Below are positions 1 to 11,157 of a stretch of DNA of 64,000 nucleotides, piece by piece. Position numbers and translations under genes: made by a program. Within the stretch, counting starts at the first letter, position 1. Each line of letters starts with the position of its first letter. The notes below the pieces were generated by a model. The model had not been told where the DNA came from, ran no database searches, and saw only the letters and a list, made by a program, of their open reading frames with translations. Source of the stretch: Candidatus Poribacteria bacterium (GTDB lineage Bacteria; Poribacteria; WGA-4E; WGA-3G); contig OZ251518.1 of assembly GCA_965242965.1 (NCBI GenBank), forward strand, positions 5,472,001 through 5,536,000, in the 5' to 3' direction.

Positions 1-305
1 CAACTGTTTAGCCGATTTCGCCTTCTATTGCGGCACCGGCTACAAAACCACGATGGGGATGGGGCAAACCAAACGCCTTCGTTAGTCATAAGATTTTATG
101 GGGGACGGTTTTCTCGCGCTACAGGCATCGCGGGGGACAGGCCCCCGCGCTACGATAATAAAAGAAAAGGCATGGCGGGGATGGCACGAATTTTACAGCC
201 CCCGCGCGACCTTCCGGTAGGAGAGACCTCCTGGTCTCGATGCAATAGTTGTGCCGGTAGACGAGCTCTCCCGGTCTCGATGCAATAAAAGAAAAGGAGA
301 CAAAA

Positions 306-1943
306 ATGTCCGAAACCTACATTCCGCTCTCACAAATCAACACCTACGTTTTCTGCCCCCGGCGGTTCTACTATGAATCGGTGGAGGGACATCAGATGAT
401 TAACGCGCACGTTGAGGAGGGGAAAATTAAGCATGAGCATGTCCACACCAAAGTGAAAAATCGGCGCAAAGGCGACAAGACTATCTCACGGCGGCAATAC
501 CTTGCCTCCGATACCCTCGGCGTTTCGGGATACACGGATCTGGTTGAGGAGAAAAACGGCGTGCCATACCCGGTTGAATTCAAAAAGGCGGGGATGGGGA
601 ATTGGCTCAATGACCAGGTGCAACTCTGTCTACAGGGGATGCTCCTTGAAGAGAAAACCGGCGTATCCATTCCGCACGGTTATATCTTCTACATCGGTTC
701 CAAGCGACGGCGCAAGGTTCCGTTTGATGCAGAACTCCGCGAGACGACACGCAACTACCTCAACGAGGCCCGAGCCCTATTGGCATCGCGGAAGATTCCA
801 AAGCCTGTCCACGATAATCGATGCAACGGATGTAGCATGCGCCCAGTCTGCCTGCCCGACGAAGTGGCTTACCTCCACGAATTGGATGAACGTCCGAAAC
901 GCATCAAGCCTGCACTCGGCATTGATAATGTCCTCTACGTTGATGAGCCGGGATGCGCCATCAAGAAGACAGGCGAACGCATCCTTGTGGCGAAAGAAAA
1001 TGAGATTATCCGTGATATTCCGCTCATCCATCTCGGACAAGTCGTCATTTCAGGGAACGTGAATTTGACGACACCGGCGATGCAAACGCTCTTACACGAA
1101 GGCATCCCGGTGGTGTTTCTCTCCGCATACGGCCGGTATCACGGCGCGCTGACACCGCAAGTTTCCCGCAATTCGCTTTTGCGCCGGGCGCAACACCGGG
1201 TTGCTGATAACGCCGAGAGGTGCCTCGCGCTCTCCAAAGCCTTCGTGCATGGGAAAATCTGGAACATGCGCACGATGCTCCAACGCCGCAAATGGCGCGC
1301 CGAAAAAGGCACCGAGGACGCACTCGCGCCGCTCCTTGCAAGCATTAAGGCGATGCATGGCATGCAAAAACGGATCCCGCGCGCGACAGAACTCACGCAA
1401 CTGCTCGGAATGGAAGGCAACGCCTCCGCCGAGTATTTCCGTTCCTTCGCTTTCATGCTCAAATCGGAGATGGGATTTGATTTTGAACGCCGGAGCCGGA
1501 GACCTCCTGCAGATGCAACGAATGCCCTTCTCAGCTTCGCTTACTCGCTGTTGACAGCGGATGTGATGGCCGCAATCCAGATAGTCGGGATGGACCCGTA
1601 TATCGGTTTCTTCCATCAGGTGAAATACGGAAAGCCGTGCCTCGCCTTGGATCTGATGGAGGAATTTCGCCCTATCATCGCCGATTCTGTTGTCATCACG
1701 CTGATCAACACCCGGCAAATTACCCCGGCCGATTTCGAGAAGTCCCACGGAGGATGGTATCTCAAATCAAATGCCCGAAAGAAGTTTTACGCCGCTTACG
1801 AGACGCGGAAAAATGAGACGCTCACGCATCCCGTGTTCAAATATAAACTCAGTTTCCGCCGAGCGATGGAGTTGCAAGCGCGTTTGCTCGCAAAATATCT
1901 GACAGATGAAATCGACGCATACACGCCGCTCACCGTCCGGTAG
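306..1943 (+). CDS. cas4-cas1: Cas4-Cas1 fusion protein
   Basis: N-terminal Cas4 (CPRRFY, D..VEFK nuclease motif, CNGCSMRPVC Fe-S cysteines) followed by Cas1 (GMEGNASAEYF, RRPPADATNALLSFAY, DPYIGFFH, LALDLMEEFRP). RBS AAGGAG upstream. Confidence 0.95.
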   Translation: MSETYIPLSQINTYVFCPRRFYYESVEGHQMINAHVEEGKIKHEHVHTKVKNRRKGDKTISRRQYLASDTLGVSGYTDLVEEKNGVPYPVEFKKAGMGNWLNDQVQLCLQGMLLEEKTGVSIPHGYIFYIGSKRRRKVPFDAELRETTRNYLNEARALLASRKIPKPVHDNRCNGCSMRPVCLPDEVAYLHELDERPKRIKPALGIDNVLYVDEPGCAIKKTGERILVAKENEIIRDIPLIHLGQVVISGNVNLTTPAMQTLLHEGIPVVFLSAYGRYHGALTPQVSRNSLLRRAQHRVADNAERCLALSKAFVHGKIWNMRTMLQRRKWRAEKGTEDALAPLLASIKAMHGMQKRIPRATELTQLLGMEGNASAEYFRSFAFMLKSEMGFDFERRSRRPPADATNALLSFAYSLLTADVMAAIQIVGMDPYIGFFHQVKYGKPCLALDLMEEFRPIIADSVVITLINTRQITPADFEKSHGGWYLKSNARKKFYAAYETRKNETLTHPVFKYKLSFRRAMELQARLLAKYLTDEIDAYTPLTVR

Positions 1944-2029
1944 GAGAGCCCTCCCGGTCTCGATGCCCCGGGTAGGCGCGCCCTCCCGGTCTCGATGCTC
2001 CCAATCCGGATACCGAAAGGAGCAACCCG

Positions 2030-2302
2030 ATGCTTTACACCGTCGCTTACGACATCACCGATGACAACCGCCGTGCCAAAGTCGCGAAAATCCTTCAGGA
2101 CTTTGGCACGCGCGTCCAATACAGCCTCTTTGAATGCAACACCGACAGGCGCGCGTTCCTCCGATTACAGCATCGGTTGGAAGCGGAGATCGATCTGGCA
2201 GAGGATACCATCACGTTTTATCACCTCTGTGCGGCTTGCGAAAAACAGATCCACCGCCTCGGACTAAAAAAAGGGCTTGACAAAAAATCGTATATAGTGT
2301 AA
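2030..2302 (+). CDS. cas2: CRISPR-associated endonuclease Cas2
   Basis: 90 aa with VAYDITDDNRR and RVQYSLFEC motifs; lies between cas1 and the array; AAGGAG RBS. Confidence 0.95.
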   Translation: MLYTVAYDITDDNRRAKVAKILQDFGTRVQYSLFECNTDRRAFLRLQHRLEAEIDLAEDTITFYHLCAACEKQIHRLGLKKGLDKKSYIV

Positions 2303-2305
2303 AAT
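2277..2305 (+). promoter_or_regulatory. sigma70-type promoter for the CRISPR leader/array, overlapping the cas2 3' end
   Basis: TTGACA (2277-2282), 17 nt, TAAAAT (2300-2305). Confidence 0.6.
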
Positions 2306-2514
2306 AAAACGTGAAATTAACTTTCAGGAAAAATCTGTCAAGGAAAGGGGACCGGAATTCCTGTATCCCTGGCAGAGGGGAGATTGAGCCTTATGTGTCT
2401 TGGCTGGACAGGATTCTTGCACAGGCAGTTAGCATGCGCCATCGTGCTGAAAATGCACGCTGGCAGAAGTGCAGGTGTTCAGCCAAGGCGTGTCAGGGGC
2501 TCCGCAGGCACGGA

Positions 2515-4795
2515 CCTGAAATGACAAGCATCTCGATTACGAGATTGAAACTATAATCTAAGTGTGGTTCGAGATGCCTCTCAAACGACCTGAAATGACA
2601 AGCATCTCGATTACGAGATTGAAACTATACTCTCATCAGTGATGCCGCGACGCTTTAGGTATTCCTGAAATGACAAGCATCTCGATTACGAGATTGAAAC
2701 TGTGAAACCGGGGGCGTTGCACATGTTTGAACCTGAAATGACAAGCATCTCGATTACGAGATTGAAACGAAGCTCGCGCAGATGGCGCAGTTCGATGGGA
2801 CGTTCCCTGAAATGACAAGCATCTCGATTACGAGATTGAAACATGAACGTGGGTGCGGCCATAATAAATGAGCAGGACCTGAAATGACAAGCATCTCGAT
2901 TACGAGATTGAAACTGACATGGTAGGAAGCCTCGCAGCGGACTTGCAAGAGGTCCTGAAATGACAAGCATCTCGATTACGAGATTGAAACGAATTACGGG
3001 TTCGACGAGACATTGCAACTGCCACAAAGCCTGAAATGACAAGCATCTCGATTACGAGATTGAAACTTCGGCAGGCGATTGTGCTCATGTTCGGTTAAGA
3101 GCTCCTGAAATGACAAGCATCTCGATTACGAGATTGAAACGAACTACACGGCACATGAGGTGTGCATTTTCCCGACGGCCCTGAAATGACAAGCATCTCG
3201 ATTACGAGATTGAAACTCGCCGAAATACTCGCGTTGCGCTTTCAGGATACGTGTCCCCTGAAATGACAAGCATCTCGATTACGAGATTGAAACCCGTATG
3301 CACGGTATTTGGAAGGCGGCACCAAGCACATGCCTGAAATGACAAGCATCTCGATTACGAGATTGAAACTATTAGAAACCTAATCTTGCCACCAAACTTT
3401 AGGGTGAGCCTGAAATGACAAGCATCTCGATTACGAGATTGAAACTCCTATAGGTATTGCGCGCCAAAGGATTTTCATGTGCCAACCTGAAATGACAAGC
3501 ATCTCGATTACGAGATTGAAACGGTATAGGGTGCAGATGCCCCCGTTCGTTGCTTGAAATACCTGAAATGACAAGCATCTCGATTACGAGATTGAAACAG
3601 TGTCAAGCACCTTGCTCACCTTGAACGTCTCCACGACCTGAAATGACAAGCATCTCGATTACGAGATTGAAACGTCCGCAATAGCGTCGAACCCCATTCC
3701 CGTGAACCGCGCACCCTGAAATGACAAGCATCTCGATTACGAGATTGAAACATTACAAACAGCCTACGCCGAGATCAGCAGTTATCCTGAAATGACAAGC
3801 ATCTCGATTACGAGATTGAAACTGTCAATGGCTTGATGATTACGCGCTGCGAACGCCGGTGCCTGAAATGACAAGCATCTCGATTACGAGATTGAAACCA
3901 GGTAGGCGAGTGTTGCGCCTGTAATGAAGGCGATGACCTGAAATGACAAGCATCTCGATTACGAGATTGAAACTGTGCCGTGAGCATCCGTGCAATGCCC
4001 CGCAGGGCCCGCCTGAAATGACAAGCATCTCGATTACGAGATTGAAACTTACAGACGCTCCAACGGCGTTTAGACTCTCATCCGCCTGAAATGACAAGCA
4101 TCTCGATTACGAGATTGAAACAAGGAGGTTCGGGGGCGGGGAGCTAAGAAGGAGTTTAAACCTGAAATGACAAGCATCTCGATTACGAGATTGAAACGCA
4201 TCCACCTCAGCCGCCAGCCGATGCGCCATCGACCCCTGAAATGACAAGCATCTCGATTACGAGATTGAAACGGAAGCATGGGTTGCCTGAACGGGTAAAG
4301 CAACGCATAACCTGAAATGACAAGCATCTCGATTACGAGATTGAAACGCTGCTGATGGCGACTACGTTGTGTATCTGCGCGCCCCTGAAATGACAAGCAT
4401 CTCGATTACGAGATTGAAACCATCCGATGCTAGGCACGACGTGGAAAAAGATGAAGCGTGACCTGAAATGACAAGCATCTCGATTGCGAGATTGAAACGA
4501 CGTGATGGTGGGTATGCGGGAGTATGCCCGCATGACGCCCTGAAATGACAAGCATCTCGATTGCGAGATTGAAACGCTTTTCAGGCGAAGCAGACCGTGA
4601 GCTACTTTTTCCTGAAATGACAAGCATCTCGATTGCGAGATTGAAACGCGGATGCAACGCTGCAGGGGAGTGTCCTCTCTTGTACCCTGAAATGACAAGC
4701 ATCTCGATTGCGAGATTGAAACCAGAATCTCCGTGCACCGAGGCGACAGCCCGACACGCCTGACCTGAAAAGCATCTCGATTGCGAGATTGAAAC
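2515..4795 (+). CRISPR. CRISPR array, 31 repeats / 30 spacers, 37-bp repeat CCTGAAATGACAAGCATCTCGATTACGAGATTGAAAC
   Basis: Repeats counted by eye; unique spacers of about 31-41 bp; ATTGAAAC 3' end. The last five repeats (from 4462) carry an A>G change and the final one (4759-4795) is degenerate, so the leader is at about 2303-2514. Confidence 0.98.
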
Positions 4796-5171
4796 GGGTA
4801 GAGATCGGGCGATCTCTACCTACAGAGGAATGTGGGCTCAAGTTCTACTTACAGAGGGACGCGGTCAGGGATTCACGAACCTAAGGAGACGTTTTCCGGC
4901 GATGCGTTGTTTTTCTGATAACTGTCCGATACGATAGCCGTTTTGGTAACGGAGGGTGGGGAACTGTCCGTCGCGAGGTCAGATTGAACCGTGAACGCTT
5001 GCGGGGGACAGGCCCCCGCACTACGAGACATGACGGTTTCCGCTGCGGGGGACAGGCCCCCGCACTACGAGACATGGACAGTTCTCTCTTCCTGCCTGAT
5101 TTTTCAACAAAATTTGACTGCGATTCGCTTTTCGTGTATAATGTCACCTATATTTACAACCGCACGGCAGG

Positions 5172-7079
5172 ATGATAATGCGAGACGCGACAGACCGGTT
5201 TTCTCCACTCAGTTTGAAGGCAGTCGGCATCGGACTGCTGCTCATCCCACTTAACGCAATATGGCAGATGATGGGCCTCCGCTGGGACATCGCGCACATG
5301 TCGATGATCTCGCTGCTTTACAACACGGTCACGCTGCTATTTGTTTTAACCGTCGTCAATCGCCTCTCTCAAAAAGTTGCACCGCGCCTCGCGCTCTCGC
5401 CTGCTGAATTGCTGACGATTTATGTCATGCTCTGCCTCTCCACGGCTATCGGCGGACACATGTGCGTGCAGATTCTTATCCCTATTATCGGATACGTTTC
5501 CGCCTTCGCAACGCCGGAAAACGATTGGCAATCGCTCTTTTGGCACTACGTTCCATCATGGACATCAGTCACCGATAAACGCGCGCTCACAGAGTTCTTC
5601 GGCGGCGGTTCGACGTTTTACCGATACCTTGAAGCGTGGATAACGCCGCTGGTGTGGTGGGCACTCTTCCTCGTCGCGCTGTTCTCGGTGATGCTCTGCA
5701 TCAATTTCATCTTCCGCAAGCAGTGGACAGAGAACGAGAAGTTGAGTTATCCGCTGATTCAGTTGCCGCTCGCTATGGCGAATCCGAGGAGCGGCTTTTT
5801 CCGCAGTCGCGCCATGTGGATTGGGTTCGGCATCGCTGCTGGCATCGATCTACTCAACGGGCTCAACTATCTCTATCCGCAGGTGCCGCGTCTCAGCGGT
5901 ATCCGCGCGTATGACATCGCCGACTTCTTTACTACCCGCCCGTGGAACGCGATTAATTGGCTGCCAGTCGGCGTTTATCCGTTCGCCGTTGGATTGGCGT
6001 TCTTCATGCCGCTGGAGTTATCGTTTTCGTGCTGGTTCTTTTATCTCTATTGGCAATTGCTGCGTGTGCTAGGCAGCGCGCTCGGTTTCGCACCGCAATT
6101 CCCTTACGCAGCCGAGCAGTCTTTCGGCGCGTATATCGGCATCGGGTTTGTCGCTGTCTGGAGTGCGCGCCGGTATCTGATGCAGGTAGTGCGGACACTT
6201 TTTCGCTGGGGTGCGGGGACAACTGAACCGGTCTCCTATCGGGCGGCGGTGGTATGGCTGCTGCTCAGCCTTGCCTTTCTGGTGGGATTTTGCTATCAGA
6301 TGGGGATGTCGCTGTGGGTAATAGCGGTATTCTTCGCGCTCTATTTCGCATTGGCTACGGGGATTACGCGGATGCGCGCTGAACTCGGTTCGCCTGTCCA
6401 TGACCAGCACTATGCGGGCCCAGACCGGATGATGTATTCTATGTTCGGCGCGAAGCGACTCGGCGCGAGCAACATGACAGGACTCGCCTATCTCTACTTT
6501 TTCAATCGCGCCTACGATTGTCTCCTGATGCCGCATCACTTGGAAGGGTTGAAAATTGCAGAGCGCGCCCGCATTGATAGCCAAAATTCGGGAAGAAAAT
6601 TCGCCATCGCAATCATTATCGCCATCGGTGTCGGCATCGTCGCGACGATTTGGGCGTATCTGCATGTCTCTTACCACGATGGCGTTTACACGGCGTGGGC
6701 AGGCAGAGAGACGTTTGAGCGGCTCGGCAGAAGGCTCACGCAGCCGGCAGGCGCGGACACTGCGGTTATCGGCGCGGTCAGCGTGGGAACGCTTGGTGCC
6801 GTGCTTTTAGCATTCCTGCGCGGACGGTGGATGTGGTTTCCGTTTCACGCCGCCGGTTATGCTGTCACCAGCACCTTCACAATGAACTTCTTCTGGTTCT
6901 CGCTTTTCGTCAGTTTCGTGCTGAAGTGGGTGATTACCAAGCATGGCGGCATCGGCGGTTTCAGGAAGGCGGCACCATTTTTCCTCGGGCTGGTGCTCGG
7001 TGAGTTTGTCGTGACGACGTTCTGGGGCACGGTGGCGATTGTGTTTGGGTTGGAGACGTATATTACGATTAATTTATGA
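5172..7079 (+). CDS. polytopic membrane protein, putative transporter (DUF6785/DUF6784, OPT-like)
   Basis: 635 aa with many hydrophobic segments; RKQWTENEKLSYPLIQLP and APFFLGLVLGEF motifs. Confidence 0.6.
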   Translation: MIMRDATDRFSPLSLKAVGIGLLLIPLNAIWQMMGLRWDIAHMSMISLLYNTVTLLFVLTVVNRLSQKVAPRLALSPAELLTIYVMLCLSTAIGGHMCVQILIPIIGYVSAFATPENDWQSLFWHYVPSWTSVTDKRALTEFFGGGSTFYRYLEAWITPLVWWALFLVALFSVMLCINFIFRKQWTENEKLSYPLIQLPLAMANPRSGFFRSRAMWIGFGIAAGIDLLNGLNYLYPQVPRLSGIRAYDIADFFTTRPWNAINWLPVGVYPFAVGLAFFMPLELSFSCWFFYLYWQLLRVLGSALGFAPQFPYAAEQSFGAYIGIGFVAVWSARRYLMQVVRTLFRWGAGTTEPVSYRAAVVWLLLSLAFLVGFCYQMGMSLWVIAVFFALYFALATGITRMRAELGSPVHDQHYAGPDRMMYSMFGAKRLGASNMTGLAYLYFFNRAYDCLLMPHHLEGLKIAERARIDSQNSGRKFAIAIIIAIGVGIVATIWAYLHVSYHDGVYTAWAGRETFERLGRRLTQPAGADTAVIGAVSVGTLGAVLLAFLRGRWMWFPFHAAGYAVTSTFTMNFFWFSLFVSFVLKWVITKHGGIGGFRKAAPFFLGLVLGEFVVTTFWGTVAIVFGLETYITINL

Positions 7080-7439
7080 GGAAAGGCGGCTGCGTTCGTT
7101 TCAAACCCCTCTCCCGTCCGTAGCGCGAGGGCCTGTCCCTCGCGAACGTTCAGAACCTTCCTTCCATCCGTAGTGCGAGGGCCTGTCCCTCGCGAACGTT
7201 ATTGTAGCAATTGGACATGCCCGAGGACATTGGGGGCCCCACCTCTGTAGTTCGGGATCGCCCGATCCCGAACAGGTCAAGATCAGGCGATCTTGACCTA
7301 CAGTGGTGATGCGGGTTGCCAGCCAAACGCATGGCGAGGGCCTGTCCCTCGCGATCTCCATTGTCAAGAGAGGCGTTTTAGGTCCTACTATTGCATCGAG
7401 ACCAGGAGGTCTCTCCTACCGGGAAGACATTATAGACAA

Positions 7440-8519
7440 TTACGCCACCTCCCACTCTTTCAAACCCGTTGGCATCGGCGCGGGCCGTTCGGTGGTGCTC
7501 TCTATCTCAACATGCTCGCTAGTTTCAGAGGACTTGTCAAAAGCGAGCATTACCTCTAGCACATGATACGCTAAATCGCCGTTTGCGCGATGCGCGCGCC
7601 CCGCCAGAATTGCGGCCACCATGTCAATCACGCCTATCATTCTAGCGTTGTTAGGGAAGGCGAGCGGCACTGACTCCCAGCCTTCGCGCGCGTCGGCAAC
7701 GTTCACCGTCCCACCGAAGCCGTTCGGATCTGGGACTTGCATTGAGCCGGTTTCGCCGTAGATTTCAATGCACGGCAAACTGTGCCGCCACATATCAAAA
7801 CTCATCATCATCGTGATGAGCGCGCCGTTATGAAATTCCATCGTGCCGGTGAGGTGCGTCGTCGTTTTGACAGGGATGCGCAGTCCTTTCACCGCTTCAC
7901 TCGTCGCGATGCGTTCTTCAAACGCCTTCGTCGTCATTGCCGCGACGCGCTTGACAGGACCGAGGAGATTCACCAAAGCGGTGACGTAGTAGGGCCCCAT
8001 GTCTAACATCGGGCCGCCGCCAATATCATAATAGAAGGCGGGGTTAGGATGCCAACTTTCGTGTCCGTGTCCGCACATAAACGCCGTGCCGGCGATAGGT
8101 TTGCCGATTGCGCCTGCATCCAATGCTTGCCGAGAAGTCTGGATACCCGCGCCGAGAAAGGTATCGGGTGCGGAACCAACGCGGAGTCCCTTCTCCGCCG
8201 CGAGTGCGATGAGTTGCTTGCCGCTTTCAACGTCTACGCCGAGAGGCTTTTCGCTATAGACATGTTTGCCTGCCTCCAGCACCTGCAGTCCGACTTCCAC
8301 GTGCGCCCGCGGAATGGTAAGATTGACGACGAGTTCAATCTCCGAGTCGGAGAGGAGTTCGTCGACGGTGAGTGCCTCGCAGCCGTGTCTTTCTGCCTGC
8401 GCTTGAGCGGCTTCCATGCGGAGGTCTGCGCATGCCTTGATTTGTAAAATATCCGTTTTCTGTGCGCCGCCGAAGTAGGCACCGCTTATCGTGCCACAGC
8501 CAATAATTCCGATTTTCAT
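7440..8519 (-). CDS. Gfo/Idh/MocA family oxidoreductase
   Basis: IGIIGCGTIS Rossmann motif, GKHVYSEKP, GGGPMLDMGPYY. Confidence 0.9.
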   Translation of the reverse strand: MKIGIIGCGTISGAYFGGAQKTDILQIKACADLRMEAAQAQAERHGCEALTVDELLSDSEIELVVNLTIPRAHVEVGLQVLEAGKHVYSEKPLGVDVESGKQLIALAAEKGLRVGSAPDTFLGAGIQTSRQALDAGAIGKPIAGTAFMCGHGHESWHPNPAFYYDIGGGPMLDMGPYYVTALVNLLGPVKRVAAMTTKAFEERIATSEAVKGLRIPVKTTTHLTGTMEFHNGALITMMMSFDMWRHSLPCIEIYGETGSMQVPDPNGFGGTVNVADAREGWESVPLAFPNNARMIGVIDMVAAILAGRAHRANGDLAYHVLEVMLAFDKSSETSEHVEIESTTERPAPMPTGLKEWEVA

Positions 8520-8596
8520 ATTGTGTGATGCATCCTTTTGCGTGTGAATTTGGTTGTGTTTATTGTAGCACGCGCGCGGGATATTTGCAAATATGG

Positions 8597-8822
8597 AGCA
8601 GGATTTCCAAGATTATGGAGCAGGATTTTCGAGATTTTCAGGATTAAGATTTTCAAGATTTCCGGGATTAGGAAGCGGGATTTTCAAGATTCTCAGGATT
8701 AGGATTTCCAAGATTTCTAGGATTAGGAAGCGGGATTTTCAAGATTCTCAGGATTAGGATTTCCAAAATTATGAAGCAAGATTTTCAAGATTTCCGGGAT
8801 TAGGATTTTCAAGATTTCCAAT
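8597..8822. repeat. imperfect short tandem repeat tract (AGGATTTTCAAGATT-like units)
   Basis: Many imperfect copies in the divergent intergenic region; the same family recurs near 16230, 16445, 16655, 18800, 21500, 32495 and 35320. Confidence 0.85.
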
Positions 8823-8833
8823 AAAAAAACCTA

Positions 8834-8862
8834 TTGACACACGACAGGATTTTGACTATAAT
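8834..8862 (+). promoter_or_regulatory. consensus sigma70 promoter of glcB
   Basis: TTGACA, 17 nt, TATAAT. Confidence 0.75.
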
Positions 8863-8896
8863 AATCGTAAATTCCGACTAAACATGGAGAAGCAGT

Positions 8897-11079
8897 ATGG
8901 GAAACCGAATTGCAATCGGGAATCTCAAGGTAGATGAAGGCTTATATGCATTGGTGAGAGACGAAATCGCGCCGGGCACCGGCATCGAAGCGGATGCGTT
9001 CTGGGAGGCATTCAGCGACATCGTCACGACGATGGCACTCGAAAACCGCGCGCTCTTGGATAAACGCGACGCGATGCAGCAGCAACTTGATGCGTGGCAC
9101 CTCGCGCGCAAAGGTGAACCGATAGACAGCGCGGCATACACCGCATTCCTTGCCGAAATTGGGTATCTGGTTCCGGAAGGCGAGAATTTTCGCGTAACGA
9201 CAGAGAACGTTGACTCGGAAATCGCCACCCTTTCCGGGCCACAACTTGTCGTTCCGACAGATAATGCGCGCTATGCGCTCAACGCCGCGAACGCCCGGTG
9301 GGGCAGTCTCTACGACGCGCTCTACGGCACCGATGTTATCAGCGAGGAAGATGGCGCGACGCGCGGCACCGACTATAACCCCATCCGCGGTGCGAAAGTC
9401 ATCGCCGAAACCGAGAAGTTTTTAGATGCCGCGGTCGGACTAGCATCGGGCAGTTTTTCTGACGTTACGCAATTTTCTCTCAAAGCGGTTGCGGGGCAGC
9501 AACAACTGCACGCGCGCCTCAACGATGGCGGTGAGGTTGGCTTGGCGGATGTCAATAAATTTGTCGGCTTCGCACGAGATAGCGATGAACTCCGCGCGAT
9601 TTTATTCCAAAACAACGGATTGCACATTGAAGTGCAGATTAACCGGGAACATCCCGTTGGCAAGGCGCATGCAGCCGGTGTAGTTGATGTCCTTCTGAAT
9701 CGGCGATAACGACAATTCAGGATTGTGAAGACTCTGTCGCCGCCGTGGATGCCGCCGATAAAGTCCAAGTCTATCGCAACTGGAACGGCATCATGCGAGG
9801 CACGCTGGAGACGACGTTCGAGAAAAACGGCAAGCCGCTCACGCGCCGCTTGGCACCAGATAAAACCTTCACCGCGCCTGATGGAAGCACGTTGACGTTG
9901 CCCGGGCGCAGTCTCCTCCTGATTCGGAACGTCGGACTCCATATTTATACGGATGCTGTCACGATGGCATATGGCAAGGAAATTCCGGAGGGGTTTTTAG
10001 ATGCGATGGTGACAACGTTCGCCGCCATGCACGATTTGCAGGGTAACGGCGAGTTCACGAATAGCCGAACGGGTAGCGTTTACATTGTCAAGCCGAAGTT
10101 CCACGGACCTGAAGAAGTCGCGTTCACGGTGCGGCTGTTTGAGCGGATAGAGTCCGCGCTTGGGCTCGCGCCAAATACCGTGAAAATCGGGATTATGGAT
10201 GAGGAACGGCGCACCACCGTCAACCTCAAGGCGTGCATCCGCGAGGCGAAGGCGCGCATCGTCTTTATCAACACCGGATTTTTGGATAGAACCGGCGATG
10301 AAATCCACACCAGTATGGAGGCGGGCGCGGTGATTCCGAAGATGGACATCCGCGACGAGCCGTGGATGCGTGCGTATGAAGATTGGAACGTTGATCTCGG
10401 CATTGAGACAGGATTGCCCGGCACTGCGCAAATCGGGAAGGGGATGTGGACGAAACCTGATGAGATGGCGGAGATGCTTGAGACGAAAGTGAATCATCCG
10501 TTAGCGGGTGCAACGACAGCGTGGGTCCCTTCCCCGACAGCGGCGACGCTCCACGCGATGCATTACCATCGTGTCAGCGTCGCAAAGCGGTTAGACGAAC
10601 TTTCCTTGCGAGAGCGCGCAAGTCTGGCAGACCTGTTGACTCCGCCACTTTTAGAGGAACGCGTTGTCTCTCCCGACGAAATTCAGCAGGAGTTGGATAA
10701 CAACGCGCAGGGCATCCTCGGCTATGTCGTGCGATGGGTAGAGCAGGGTATCGGCTGTTCAAAAATTCCGGATATCCACAACGTCGGTTTGATGGAAGAC
10801 CGGGCGACGCTGAGGATATCAAGTCAGCACATCGCGAATTGGCTGCACCACGGTATCGTTACGGAATCGCAAGTTACGGAGACGTTCCAGCGGATGGCGG
10901 CAGTCGTTGATGCACAGAACGCAGGCGATGCTGCATATCGGAATATGTCGCCGAATTATGCCGAAAGCATCGCGTTTCAGGCGGCGTTGGATCTGGTTTT
11001 CAAAGGGTGCGAGGTGCCGAACGGCTATACGGAGTTTGTGTTGCATCCGCGGCGGCGAGAGGTGAAGGCGAGGAAGTGA
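8897..11079 (+). pseudogene. glcB: malate synthase G with a 1-nt frameshift near 9696 (pseudogene or sequencing error)
   Basis: GPQLVVP..NARYALNAANARWGSLYDALYG in the first ORF; [24 protein letters not shown] and [13 protein letters not shown] in the second. The conserved [13 protein letters not shown] is readable after restoring one base at CTTCTGAA. Confidence 0.9.
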
Positions 11080-11157
11080 ACGTTCGCGAGGGACGGGCCC
11101 TCGCGCTACGGTAGCCTCTGCCTTTTCTGTCGTTCTGTCGAGACCGGGAGGTATCTT

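Noticed and set aside
2303-2514. Possible tracrRNA/anti-repeat in the leader
   Set aside because: Only a 7-nt match (TTTCAGG) to the repeat complement was found, which is not significant.
2552-2588. Spacer 1 contains TCGAGATGC, complementary to part of the repeat
   Set aside because: A 9-nt match is compatible with chance. No self-targeting spacer was recognised in the window, though only checked by eye.
2636-4841. Minus-strand ORFs with repeated FNLVIEMLVISG or FQSRNRDACHFR
   Set aside because: They are translations of the CRISPR repeats.
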